From Dimorphilus gyrociliatus (lineage: Eukaryota; Animalia; Annelida), in NCBI GenBank assembly GCA_904063045.1, contig CAJFCJ010000001.1:3472001-3536000 (forward strand): a stretch of 64,000 nt of DNA, in the 5' to 3' direction. Positions 12,251 to 25,867 of the stretch are shown here, one piece after another. The notes under the pieces were generated by a model. It did no database searches and was not told the origin of the DNA. It saw only the letters and a program-made list of their open reading frames with translations. The number at the start of each line of letters is the position of its first letter. The stretch's first letter is position 1. A program made the translations under genes and the position numbers.

Positions 12251-15200
12251 ATGGCATTAATGTATGCATTAAATATTTGGATAGTTGTTTTTAATATAAA
12301 TTTAAATGGTATGGTTTGCTACGACTTGTTGCTCGTTCTTCCTTTTTCTTGTTGGGATGAGAAATCTTTTGTACTTAATTCAACAATAAGCTCAGCCTTA
12401 GAACGTCTGCGGAGAGAAGCAACGGCGGAAGATATAAGAGACAAGAGAATTATTAGACGCTTTGATAATTGCCATGACAATCTATTCAATAATCTACATT
12501 TGATAGACGAACTAGACATAACCACTCGAACGGTAATGGTACATAACGACTACGAAGATTGCGCAACTTTTAAGAGATTTCAACGTTGGAAGAATGAATT
12601 AAGGATATCTTCAACATGCGATTTAGTACCGAAAGCGGAGCAAACTTTTCAAATATTTAACGTAATTTTATATAGATTCCAATGGAAATATTTGACAATT
12701 ATCTATTCGCCGAATTCACCTTTTTCCAGCCAATCTAAAGATTTATTTATTGAATTACATAACGGAGGATTTATTATCGAAAAATTCATTCCAACTTCCC
12801 TAAACAATTACCAACAAGTTACCGATTCTATTGAAAATTTAAGATCAAACGGTAAGTAGTTTAAAAGTGGGATTACTTTAGTTTTCATAAAGAAACGCTT
12901 CTTTGCCTACGTGACGTTATTGGCGGAAGAAAAAAATTTATGACGCCGAAAACGTCACGTTCTTCATTAGAATAAAAGATACCGAAATTTTTTGCTAGAT
13001 TAAGCGTCACCGTTTCCTAGCTCATTCACCTCTTTCAGAGATGAGAGAAGAGGTTGAAAAGTAAAAAGAGTTAGAGTAAGATGAAGAGTTATAGAGATAT
13101 AGAGAGTATTAGCACGAGACGCGATAAAGAGAAAAGAAAAAGACGACCTCTCTATTCTTCCCCACCACCCCCTCCCTTTAAACTATTAGTTCTTATTAGA
13201 CGGTTGAGCTTTGAAAGCGTTACACGTATCAAAACACGGCAAATTTCTATAATTTTCTGCAATTGTCGTTGGATAGATAGACACGAGAATAGTTTATAAA
13301 TATACAATACAATATATAAATTCTTCAACGAAGTTAGCCTTTGACTGTCTATCCTTTTTTTTCTTTTATCAACAAATCTAAACATCTAAAAATCTACCAC
13401 GCAATCTATCGTGTATGGGGAAAAACAGTTTTATTACAACCTTTTTTTCCCAGATACCCAGGTCAATTGCCTTATATATATATATACAGTATATTACTAA
13501 TTAATCATACAATATACGTACGAAATTGTACGTTAAACGTGGCAGAGACGAAGAGAGAGAGAGAGGGAGAGACAGAAAGGGAGTGACAGACAGACAGAGA
13601 AAGCGCGTAAATCTAGACACTTTTTTGTCTATTAATCAAATTACATTAAGCCATTTGAAAGCTTTGAAAATGAATTTTGGAAAGAGAAAAAAAAGACAAA
13701 AAGCCTTTAAATTTTCAAAAGATCTATCAAATTTTAATTCCAAAAGAGGTGATCAGATAAAGCCTTTTATACTTTTTCAGTTTTTATCGTAAACCTTCCG
13801 ATTGATCTACTTGGAAAAATTCTCAATCGAACATCAAAATCATTATTGGAAAAGAAAGCATTCTTCTATTTGCACCTTCATCAAACTTTCCAACCGAAAA
13901 GATTCCATAAAAGTCTCTATTGTTTCCTATGTAACCAAACGGACATTAAGCAGTCGTTAAGAAGCCTATTTGTTATCTCTCATACAGCAGACGACGCCGA
14001 CGCTTTCAGCAACCGAGACGTTAGTTCTTAAAAGATGAAAGAATATTTATTGATAAACCCTTCTCTTTTGCTTTTCCTTTCCTTTCCTTTCCCTCCCTAT
14101 CCCTTCCCTTCCATTTACTCTATTTATTGACCCATTACTAACCAGAAATGATAATTGCATTTCTTTCATTTTTTCATTCTTTTGTACTCTGGCATAAGTA
14201 TATATCTTGTTTAAAAAAAAAGTTGACTTGTGTAAACAACAACAACAACAACAACAACGAGTACTTCTTTTAGATTCTTTACTCCTTTTACGCATCCCTT
14301 CCCTACTTCCCTCTGATTCTCTTTTGGAAAAAGTATTCTTTCATCCTACATTTTCTCTTATCATTTTAATATACACCTAATCGGTTAATTAGTTAATTAA
14401 GCATGAAATTAATTAACTGTTTTTTTTTTGTTTTCTCCTCCTTTAGGACATTGATCATTTACTTTTCGTGGCTATAACTCAAACTGACCAACTACTTGAA
14501 AAAGGCCATATTCAAAATACATCCATTCCGACTTATCGATCAGCCATCTTTGTCGACTCTAACTCAGTTTATAACTGGACTTATTTCCTTTGGGATTATC
14601 AACCATCTCAAGATAATTTTCTTCCAGTTCTCAAGATTACAAACAACAATCCCGCCTCCAAAAGTTTTCACATTGCTCAATTAAATACAACCATCGATTG
14701 GCCCGATCCATCAATTCTTCGATCGGATAGATGTTACTTTGAAAATTGTGATGATGGTGAGTAAAAAGAGAATTAGTCGATAGTTTCCAAGTCAAAGACA
14801 AAAAACAAAAGACCTAGTAAAACTAAGAATAAGAGAAATGATAATCATCCAAATGATAATGAAGGATAAAAAGAAAAGAAGAAAAGATTAGGAAGAAATG
14901 TTTAATCCTATTTTCATCTAATAGTTTTACAGTGTAAAAACTGCACTAAGAGAGTAATGAACTATCCATACTTATATAAGAAATTAGGCAGAAAGAAAGA
15001 AGAGAAATAACTAACAGATTGTTTTGACTGACTAATTTTCTTTCCAACCAAAGAATCGTAGTATTTGATCCCGGAAGATAGTAATTTCCCTCATTTTTCT
15101 TTCTTTAATATCTCTTTCTTTTTTCTTTCTTTCTCTCTTTCTCTCTCTCTCTCTCTCTATCTCTCCCTCTCCCTTACTATTAAGAGAAGGTTTTTTGCTC

Positions 15201-16212
15201 AAAGATGAAATTAAGATTTAAGATTATATTTATCTAAATATTGGAAATTTGCCAACTTTTTTCCATCTTTCTACTTTGTTTTAGAATCAAATTTGGCTGT
15301 TATTTTGGCTGTTTCAATTGTTCTCTTTTTAGTTGCCATATTTGTTACATCCGTTGTTATTTATATTGCAAGGTTTGACATTCAAATTTCCTTTATATAA
15401 TCCATCATTTTATCATTCCTTTTCTGCCCTTATAAATATTAGACGACACGTCACTAAAAGTGCTCTGGCTAAGGGACCGAATAAAATAATTTTATCGGAC
15501 GATGACCTAATTTTAATTAGCGCCAAAGTTCAAAAAAATTCAAGAGTAAGCTGAGAAAAGTTGTCTTAAAACTTAATAAACTATTCATTCATTCAATCAA
15601 AAAAAAGCCTAGTACAAGCTTCGACAAACCAGAAACGGTAAAATCATCTGCAGCGTCAATTTCTGTAGCAAGTGGACAGGATATGGATATTCCTCAAACA
15701 GCAAGATATAACGTAAGTCATAAATAGAGAGGTTTCATTCAGGTTTGCAAAATAGGTAAAAGAATGATAGATAAATAAACAACAAATGATTTAAAGGGTG
15801 AACTCGTCTACGTTAAAGAACTTCATATTAAAGCTTTTGAAATGAAAACTAAAGTTTTTAAATATTTAAGACAGGTAAGATCAGTCTCATCTTAACTTAA
15901 TTAACTTATTCATCATTATACTCTTCTCTTCACCGTCTCTCTTTCTGTTTCGTTTTAGCTGAAAGAATTGCGGTATGAAAATGTTACAACGTTCATCGGC
16001 TGCTATATAACCGTTCCATGCGTTGTATGGGAGTATTGTTCACGGCACAGTTTACAAGATGTTATTTATAATGATAATATGAAATTAGACTGGACTTTTA
16101 AAGTTTCTCTTTTAACTGATTTAGTTAAGGTAATTAACGTTATGTTACTTTTATCGATTTATCATTTATTCTCTCCGTCCATCCGTCTATCTCACTCACT
16201 CGCTCACTCACT

Positions 16213-16245
<33 letters not shown>

Positions 16246-19200
16246 TTTCTCTTTCGCTCTAGTTTCTTCACTAAATCTCTTTCATACATTATTCGTACCT
16301 GTCAGGTACTTAAAAGCAATTTTCTTAGTAGAGGGAGCTGTGATCATAAATGAATTGGGCTACTTGATTGCTTCCCTATCCAATCCTAAGTTATAGTCTC
16401 TTTTTTCTTCCACTTTCCATCATCATTTTGGGGAAAGAATCAAAGACTAGCAATGAAACGCCCAATAAATTCTGCTCATTTGCAGTTGAATAGAAGAAAT
16501 GATTACTTTTTTATACGGTTATTATCAATTATATACTATTTTGATATCGTTTAAAATCCCAAGGAGAGGAAACTACTTTTCTTTAATAGATGCAAAAATG
16601 GAATATTAGTGGGAATACATAAGAATCCTTTTTAGTTTCATTTAGCTATCTCTGTTTGAATTAATGATTTACTGTAAAAGTTTTAATGGTAAAGGCAAAA
16701 TCTATGTAAAAAGAAATAGAAGCAAGAAATATTTTTTACAGATTATTGGGGTAGCGAGAGAGAGAGAGAGGGAGAGAGGTGCAGAGTTGTTAGAGGGCGA
16801 ATATAGAGAATGCACGCTTGAATGAGAATACATTAAAGATTAGAAATTAGCTATTATTCTCTCTACTGATACATGTATTTTTAGGGTATGCGATATCTTC
16901 ATTCAAGTCCTTTAAGAATGCACGGAAACTTAAAATCTGGAAATTGTGTAATAGATAGTCGTTGGGTGCTCAAAGTTACTGATTTCTGCATATCGACTCT
17001 ATACGATGCTCATCAATCAACTCGGTATCTATTATCGAAAGGTTTGACTTTTCAATCTTTCCTTATATCTGTGTGTGTGTTTCTTATTTTTACTTCAATC
17101 GAATAAGAGTTGATTTTAAACCTTTTATAGATTTATTATGGATTGCTCCTGAGCATCTTCGCGAGGAGAATCCATCGCAAAAGGGCTCTCCAAAAGGCGA
17201 TATATATAGCTTTTCTCTTATCTTGCAAGAAGTTATTGTACGAAAACCCCCATTTGCTATGCTAGATCTAGACGTTGACGGTTCGTTTTCTCTTTTAATA
17301 GAATCCTTAAATTGCATCCTTTTATACTTCCTCTTATAGAAATCATTAAAAAGTTGAAAAAACCACCACCCCTTTGTAGGCCTTCTGTAAGTCAGAATGC
17401 CGCTCCACCCGAATATATTCAGTTAATGAAGAGGTGTTGGGCGGAAATGCCAGATATGAGGCCAGATTTTGACTTAATACATCAACAATTTAAGGATATG
17501 AATAAGGGAAAGTACGTTATATATTTAAAATTTTTCCCTTCACCTGACATTCTTCCTGATTCACCTTTCCTCCCTGGAAATACACTCCTTTACTATTTTA
17601 AAATTATCTCTCGCTCCTTATCTCTATACAACCACCCCCTCCGTCTATTATCTGTTTTTATTTCTTTTCTTCCATACACACGTATAAAGGTTACTTTCAG
17701 GAAGACGAATATCGTGGATTCCATGTTTTCGATGCTTGAAAAATACTCGAATGACTTGGAAGATATCGTTAGGGAAAGAACAACTCAATTGGAGGAAGAA
17801 AAGAAAAAATCTGAGCAACTCTTAACTCGTATGTTGCCTCCGAGCGTTGCTTCAAGCCTTCTTTCAGGAACGACAGTCGAAGCGGAACAGTATGACGAAG
17901 TTTCCATTTATTTTTCAGACATAGTCGGTTTTACAACTATTTCTGCAATGTCTACTCCTATGCAGGTGAGTGAACTATGTTAAAAAACGGATATATTGAT
18001 AGATAGATCTGTGGATGGCTGCATGGTTAGTTAGTCAGTTGAGAAGAGAAAGAGGAAAAGGGAGAAAAAACTAGTTCAGTATATGCAACGTGCATCTTTT
18101 TCTCTTCATTTATAGTTATGATTTCGCTCTCCTCTACATATCTACCTAACTATTTATCCATTTATCATCCTCATTAATTAATTAATTATCTTCAAATAAC
18201 AGAATTATACTAATTAATTAATATATTTGTTATATGCGTTAAGTCAAAGACAATTTTAAGGAATAAATGAACAAAAAAAATATCAATAGGTGGTTGATCT
18301 CTTGAATGACCTATACACGATGTTTGACGCCGTCCTTGATCATTATGACGTATATAAAGTGGAAACCATTGGAGATGCCTACATGGTGGCAAGTGGTCTT
18401 CCAGTTCGAAATGGCAATAAACATGCTGGGGAAGTGAGCACAGTTGCCTTACATCTTTTATCGGAATGCGGAAATTTTACTATTCGACATATGAAGCACG
18501 TCCCTATGAGATTACGAATCGGTATTCACACTGGACCATGCGTTGCCGGCGTCGTTGGCTTAACAATGCCAAGGTATATACACTTTATTCATTCTAGATT
18601 GGCGTTTAGTAACTTTATTTGATTCTTTCCTTAAGGTATTGCCTATTCGGAGATACTGTCAATACTGCATCACGCATGGAAAGCACCGGAGCCCGTAAGG
18701 AATTTTTGTTTGACGTACTTTTTCCCCCTTATTCACCTTTCTCCCCTACTTTTCATTCTTTTATAGCGTTTCGAATTCACATTAGCCAATCAACGAAAAG
18801 CATTCTAGATAATTTAGGCAGTTATAAAATTGAATTACGTGGTGAAACCGAACTAAAAGGCAAAGGCAAATTCAACACGTATTGGCTAGTAGGAAAAGAA
18901 GGATTTAGTATGCCACTTCCGGATCCTCCTTCCGTTGGCGGCAACAACACTCACGGGTAAGCAGTGGTAGTAGTAGTTGGAGCCACCTACAGTTTATATC
19001 AAACATTGATTTTTTTCCTGTCATTATTTTTTTTTTCGCATTCTTTTCTTTTTTCTTTCTTTCTTTTGTCCTTTTAATCGGCAGAATGAATAGACTAAAG
19101 AAGGGTGTTGAAAGTGTCTAAAAGGAAGAAAAAGGCAAAAAAAGAAAAAAAGGGGAAGGGAGGTAGGGGGTACATTGATAGGGAAGGGTAAAAATGAAAG

Positions 19201-20014
19201 AACATTAATTGATTGCTTCGTTTTTTCATCTTAAATCCTTTTTAACTCGAATTTATTTGAAAAAATTGTAAACCGATTAAAGGTTAAAAAGCAAGAAGGG
19301 ATTAGAAGAAAAGTATTAAATATAATAAGGCAAGAAAGCAAGAAGGAAAGAAATGGTGGAGGAAGGAAAGACAAGGAACTAGGAAGGAGTAGACGTGTTC
19401 CACGGGGAGGAGGAGGTGGAGGGAAAATATCTGATCTAAGATAAGAACAAATAAGCGAGAAAGAGTAAAATATTTTCGGGTGAAATGATCTATAATAAGG
19501 GATTCAGGAGAATAAAAGAATTAAAGAAAAAAAAACCGATTGAATGAATGAATGAATGAATGAATGAACGAATGAATAAAGGAAAAAAAAGCCAAGTTAT
19601 GAATATAATCATAAGTATTAACAATTAGTGTTTACCAGCTCCCAACTGTTTTTCTTTTCTCTCATTCTTTTCTCCTCTTTCAATTATTCAAAGAATTTTC
19701 GGTTAAGGAGAGAACAAGAATATTATATCTATTGTCTATTCTCTCTTCTTTTTGTTAGGTTGTCTTCTGTTATAAAACAATGTAAATTGGAGAAAAACGA
19801 AGAAGAAGTAGCAGAAGGAGGAGAAGGAGGAGGAGGAACAGTAGAAGAAATTGACGAACAACGAAAAAATGAAGTGGAAGAATTATCGTTAACTAATAAA
19901 CAAACAAAAATGACAATGATGGATGAAAGAGGATCAGATACTAATGGAAAAGTTTTAAATTCCTTCATATCAGCCAACGTAATGAAGATCGAAGAGAATC
20001 AAACAAAAATTTAA
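12251..20014 (+). CDS. Receptor (membrane) guanylyl cyclase, about 1075 aa, 16 exons
   Basis: Exons 12251-12851, 13781-14019, 14447-14756, 15285-15372 (TM), 15443-15545, 15608-15712, 15797-15874, 15959-16129, 16885-17041, 17131-17280, 17340-17511, 17701-17965, 18290-18573, 18636-18694, 18767-18956, 19759-20014; sum 3228 nt. Kinase-homology domain ([17 protein letters not shown]) and cyclase motifs [34 protein letters not shown], with the GTP-specifying E and C. Last exon is less certain. Confidence 0.93.
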
Positions 20015-21302
20015 TGTCCGCACAAAATAAATATTATCTAATGTACTCATATTCTGTAATATTGGTTTTTGCACATGATTTATTCATAATTTCATATTAA
20101 ACATATAACATATTTAACATTCATAAAATCGCACAACCAGTCTTTTCCTCCTTTATTAAATTATAATTATTAATCATATTGTTAATATCATATTTTTTTG
20201 TCCAACAAATTAATATCTTTACTAATGTTGTTTACATTTTAAGTGTCTGCTTTTCTGTCTTTTTCTTTATCTTTCCTACCGAAGATTGTCGGCTTTCTCT
20301 ACTCTCCTCTTAACAGATTTAACTATGTCTATTCTAGGTATTTCTTTCTTTAGCCCTTTCTCTCTTTTCTTAACAGATTTAACTCTTTTATTCTGGGAAT
20401 TCTTTCCGACAGTCTATATTTCTTTATTTCTTCAATATAGCTCTATATAAAAATCTTTCTTTCTCTCTCTCTCTTTCTGCCTCTCGATCTCGCAATCTGC
20501 TTATTTCTTAATCCACAAAGTCAACCTTCTTGAATCTTTTACTAATCTTTTCTATTATATATGAACTGAAAGAAACATGTATTACGTAACTTCCGCACCT
20601 CTTTTCACACGTGCAATCGGCAAAAAAAGCGGCATTAAAATAATACAATAATCCAAAAATTGATCCTCCTTTTAAAAGTTTGAGACGAACAATATATTTC
20701 TGACTTTATCATCATTAATTACTAATCAGTATATAATCCTTTTTGAAAAGTCATGCGCGAGAATAGGCCTAGCTAAGTATAACGGATTATTGAACAGAGA
20801 GCGCGCATTTCTATGAGCAGATATTTAGTTGGTTCGCGACATGCCATTAGAAACTCGGACGTTTTGCTTCAAATATTTCTACAACTATGATTTCTACTTG
20901 AAAAAAAAATTAATATTCTAAATATTATTTTTTTTTCTTTCAGTTGTATTCATTCAATTTTTCTTCTCTGTAATTGTTTATTTTTAGTCTCTATATATCT
21001 CTTTATTATCACTCTTTATCTCTCTCTCTCTCTCTCTCTCTCTTTAGTATATTTTAGTATTTTTGCCTTCTTCTCTTTCTCTTGCTTCAACATCAATCTA
21101 TTCTCCTCTTACACCTCTCTCTCTCTCTCTCTCTCTCCCTTTCTGTCTCTTTCCCTTCTCATATATCTTAATATTTTTTGTTCTTTGCTCTTTTCTTCCT
21201 CCTCCCTCCCCCTACACTCTTTCTCATTCTCAATCGCCGACCAAGCTATAAGAGATTTACTGGACACTTGTTTTTGAAACTGCACAAGAAAATTAGAGAA
21301 GA

Positions 21303-23032
21303 ATGGGCTCAAAATACAAGGAAATCCTGCAAGCTAACAAAACTTTGTTGACCAAGAACTTAGTTCTTTGCAGAGATCTCTATGACAAACTAGTAGAGAA
21401 TCACGTGATTGGTATAGCAACAATGAAAGATATAGAGGTAAGTACATGTGTACTGAATGAATGAATAGGAAGACTAATTAGAGGTAATTAAAAAATATCT
21501 AGTTTATAACAAACAAATAAGTCGACAAAATATTTCTCAGCAACTAATCCAGGAACGTCAATAAAATACTCATTCAAGGTGGAGTGTTTGCTTTGAATGG
21601 TAAAATACCTAATCTTCTCGCATTCCTTTCACTTTGTAGTTCTCTGATCAATCTCGTAAATCTAGTTAATTATACGAAACTAGATTATATTAATAATTTT
21701 TAAATCCTCCCCATTCTTTCAATTGTTAATGGGGTTTTTTTTTATTGTTTTTTATAAAAAACAAAAAATTTCTTTAAATAACAATAACAATAATAATAAA
21801 GGTAATAATTAAAGAAAAATATTTTTCACCCCGTTTTTATTGTTACAATAGTTATTATTTAAAATAACACCTAGTTATTTAGATATAAAATGAAAAGCTA
21901 TTAGCTCTCTACTCCTTATACTCCTTATCCTCCCTCACTCCCTGCCACCCACTCCTAAATAAACGCTTTGCCGTCTCTTTTTCCGAATCGAACTTTTTTG
22001 CAATAAATAATCAAGTAGAAAAGTAGAGGGAAATATAATATATATATATATATATATGTATAGAAAATACTCTTTATCTTCTTAGCATTGATCGGGCGTT
22101 AAGGTGTAGGAGTTTATTACTCCGTTTAAAGCCCTAAAATCTGACTGACTGAGTTTTTTTTAAAGAAATCTTTCTGGTAAATAAAATAGAATTGAAAATT
22201 TATTTTAGACTATTTTTGCATTGATTTCTACAAAAAATATTGCTATTTATAGTTTCTTTTTATAGTAAAAATAACAATTTTAACCTAAAAACATATATAG
22301 AATAAGGTAAAAATAATGGTGAAATTTTTCTCCTGTTTATAATGAGATTATCGAGTGGCTAAGGGCGATTCTGTTAAAAGTTGCCTTCTTTTGTTTCTTT
22401 TTTTTCCATTCAATATGGCCCTAACCACTCCTCTCTTCGCCCTCTTTTCTCTCTCTCTCCCTCTCTCTCTCCCCACCACCTCTCCTCTCTACATAGCTCA
22501 TTCAGGTTGACAAAAAACTAACTTTTCACCCTTTATGAATAGAGTAATTTGAAAAAAAATCATTAAATTACTATTACGTCTCCTCTCGTAGCTAGTTTTT
22601 ATTATTTCTAAACGCTCGCCGCGTCTAAATAGCTCGAGTAGATCGTAAAAAGAGGGGAAAAGTTAACGGATAGACGCCTTTACGATATTGTTTAAAATAG
22701 TTGCAAACATTAGCTCTTAATAAACTTGTATAAGGAATATATACGATCCGATAACGACGACAAACAAACAAGACAAACAAGGATACATTGTTTTCGAAAT
22801 TGATTATTGTATAAATCGTTGCTAAACGCAGTTTTGTTCACTTGGTCGGTCACGTGACTACTGTGTTTATTTTATAATTGTTCAAGTTAACTATGAATAA
22901 ATTAAAGATGTATAGAAAGAGAATTCAAAGGTAAACACGACAATGAAAGTAAGGAAGTGTGATAAAGTAGGAATTGCTAGAACTGAGAGAGTCTCTTAAA
23001 TAGATATAGAAACAAAAAAATGTAGAGAAGAA

Positions 23033-23085
<53 letters not shown>

Positions 23086-25349
23086 GGGAGGGAGGGAGGG
23101 AGGGAGGGAGGGAGGGAGGAAGAAAGAGAAAGAGAAGAAAGTAAAAAGAGTGAATAATTAAAAGAATGAACGAAAAGTAAAAAAAAAAAAAAGTTATGAT
23201 TGATTAAAGATGAAAATTTCTTTCAAACAGGAAACCGAAAGTCAGGTTGAAAAGACGTTGAAATTGATTGAACACGTGGGTATTAGAGGAGACGGAGGAT
23301 TTACAAAGTTTTGCGACAGTCTTAGTTTAACGGGACATTGCTATTTAGCAGACTTCCTTAGAGATGAAGGTTGAATAGCCATTGTTATTAATAATTTTCT
23401 TAGTTATTTTCTTTTATATTTATTGTTCTTGCTTAAATCCATTGTCCTTGACTTTTTCTTCCCTTTTTCTAGACAATATTTAAGCAGTTAGAAGTGTTGT
23501 AAATAAGAGAAATTGATTTCCATTTTTCCATTGCATTTCATACCTTTACCACTTTCGATCTAATTATTAAACCATCACATTACTTTTCCTCTTCATCACA
23601 TCTTTATTACGTAAATCCATTTTTATTAGCAATTTACTCAATAAATACAATATATAGAACATAGAAATATATATAATCAAGATAACCAGTAAATATAGTC
23701 ATTTTCTAATTAATTAGTTAATTAGAAATAGAAAAAAATAAGATATACATTGTTTCTTCTTCGTTAGTCTATTTACTATTAGTTCTCCTCCTCCTCCTTG
23801 CTTTCTGTTCTTTTGTCCTCAATCCATCCCACTTGCTCTCTCCTTCTTTCTTTCTCTCTCTCTCTCTATCCAACAACGTGTGTATACTTGATTGCATTAT
23901 TTCTCCACTTTAGCATGTGCATCTTTGGAAGAGAGAAAGAGTCAAACTGATCAAATTTCAAGTCATTTGCCAAAGAATTTCTTAAAAAATGTTACCGAAA
24001 AGCAAAAGGAAGAATTTATAGCTCTTATTAAAGATCTTATTAACGAATTAGCTTTGAAGCAAGCCTGGAAAAATGAAAATAAGGAAAAAGAAAAGGCGAT
24101 GGATGCTAAACAACAACAACTAGAGGATGCTTGGAAGTACAAAGAGATAATAGCCGAGAGGGATCTAACTATAAAAACACTCGAAGAGTCTTTAATTGTT
24201 GCCGTTAACGAGGCTTCTGATCATGAAAAGATTGTCTACGACCTCAATAAGAAGATCGAAAAGCTCAAAGAAGATCATGAATTGCAATTAGGAAAACAGA
24301 TGAAATTCAATATGGCAAATGAAAAATCCCTGCAAAGACTCACTGAAAAGCAAATGGAGAATGACAAAGCTTTTAGCGACTTGAATGATAAAATGGAAAA
24401 GGAATTAAATAGGTATAAAAGTTTATTGGAATTGCATAGGCCTACTTCGGCTGAAATACTCGATACCGCCGTCACACCGACTGACAAGGCGAGGAAACAT
24501 TTAGATTTAATTCTAAGAAGACTAAACGATTTTGAACAAGTACAATCGCAATTAGACGCTGTCATGGTGGAGAGGGATACCCTATTGAAACGTCTAGACA
24601 TTGATAAGAAAAACGTTCCAGAAATTGGTAAATTAGACGAAGTATGGCTTTCCTATACAGCTGGAGTCGAGAGTCGAATAGCTGAATTGGAGACGTATAT
24701 CGCCTCCAAAGACAATGATATTGTCAATTTGGAAAGGAAAAGGGAAGAGGGAATAATGCTAAAGCATAATTATCTACAATTGGAAGAGGCCATCTCGAAG
24801 AGAGATAAGCAAATTTCAGTTCTGCAGAATGAAATTATGAAATTAAAAAATGAGTTGGACAAATTTAGGGACGACGCTAAGAAGGATTCAATAAGAATCA
24901 AAAGGCCAAGAACTCCTATAAGGAAATTCTCGGCAAGGAGAAATTCTTTAGCAAGTAGCCTTCTCGACTTGGAGGAGGAGACTGGTAAAAAAGATTCCGG
25001 TTCACCCATGCCCATACGTTCTAGAAAGGACAAACTGCACAACGGCAACCTATTTGCATCGGATGATAATCAAAGAGGGTCTACAATGGCTCAAACAACT
25101 TACGGAGCTTCTAATGAAACGTCTATATCCCTCCCTTCTTTAACTAAAAACCCTCTGACAAAGTCTCATCACAAGGTTACCGCAGCCTTACCTAAGAATG
25201 GCCGACCGCTAGGTAGTTATTTGCAGCAAGCGCCACCTAGTAGCTTTCTACAAGTATCGGCTTTTCAAGGAAACGGAGGTATAACTAGTAACTATTCAAA
25301 GAGTATGAACACAGTTTCGGAGATAGCAAAAAGAAACTCTAGGTTTTGA
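21303..25349 (+). CDS. CARD-coiled-coil protein, 569 aa, 3 exons
   Basis: Exons 21303-21437, 23231-23369, 23914-25349; sum 1710 nt; phases 0 and 1 match. Exons 1-2 give a CARD (KEILQANKTLLTKNLVL...LKLIEHVGIRGDGGFTKFCDSLSLTGHCYLADFL). Exon 3 gives a long E/K/L heptad region and a Ser/basic tail. Confidence 0.85.
23036..23118. repeat. (AG)n-(GGGA)n compound microsatellite
   Basis: Seen directly in intron 1 of the CARD gene. Confidence 0.95.
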
Positions 25350-25867
25350 CTAAAGGAACCCAACTTAATATACACGAAACTATTGAGACAATCAATCATG
25401 CAGAGATAGCTCCTCTCCCTCCTCCTCCTCCTCCTCCTCCTCCGCCTCTCCTCCGTCCTCTCTTCCTTATAAGAAAAACTTTTTCTTTACATTTCGGTTG
25501 TGTTTTTCTGTTTTTTTTTTGAAGTTTATACGAATTTTCTTTACTTATTTTTTTGCACGGAAAACTTATTTTTGTATTATTATTTAAAATGTATTCTTTA
25601 TATTGAAGGTAATGTTTATTCTCTCTTTTTGACACACTAATTAACTACTAAGTATATAAGCGTATACTGTATATATACAGTATATAATATACTGTATACA
25701 ATCATTAATAAAATGAATAAAGTATATAAAAAGATTATTTAAGTCATTTGTTCTTCATCGTCATTGGGATAAAAATCTTCGGGTTTTACTAACAGTCTAT
25801 TTATAAGTATCTGCTTTCTATTCTGCCTCTGTTTGCTGCTGCTGCGCTACTTCTCGTTCTACTCCTC

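Noticed and set aside
25741-25867. Coding-looking sequence after the LRR stop (VAQQQQTEAE; PEDFYPNDDEEQMT)
   Set aside because: Pieces lie in different frames separated by stops, with no usable splice sites.
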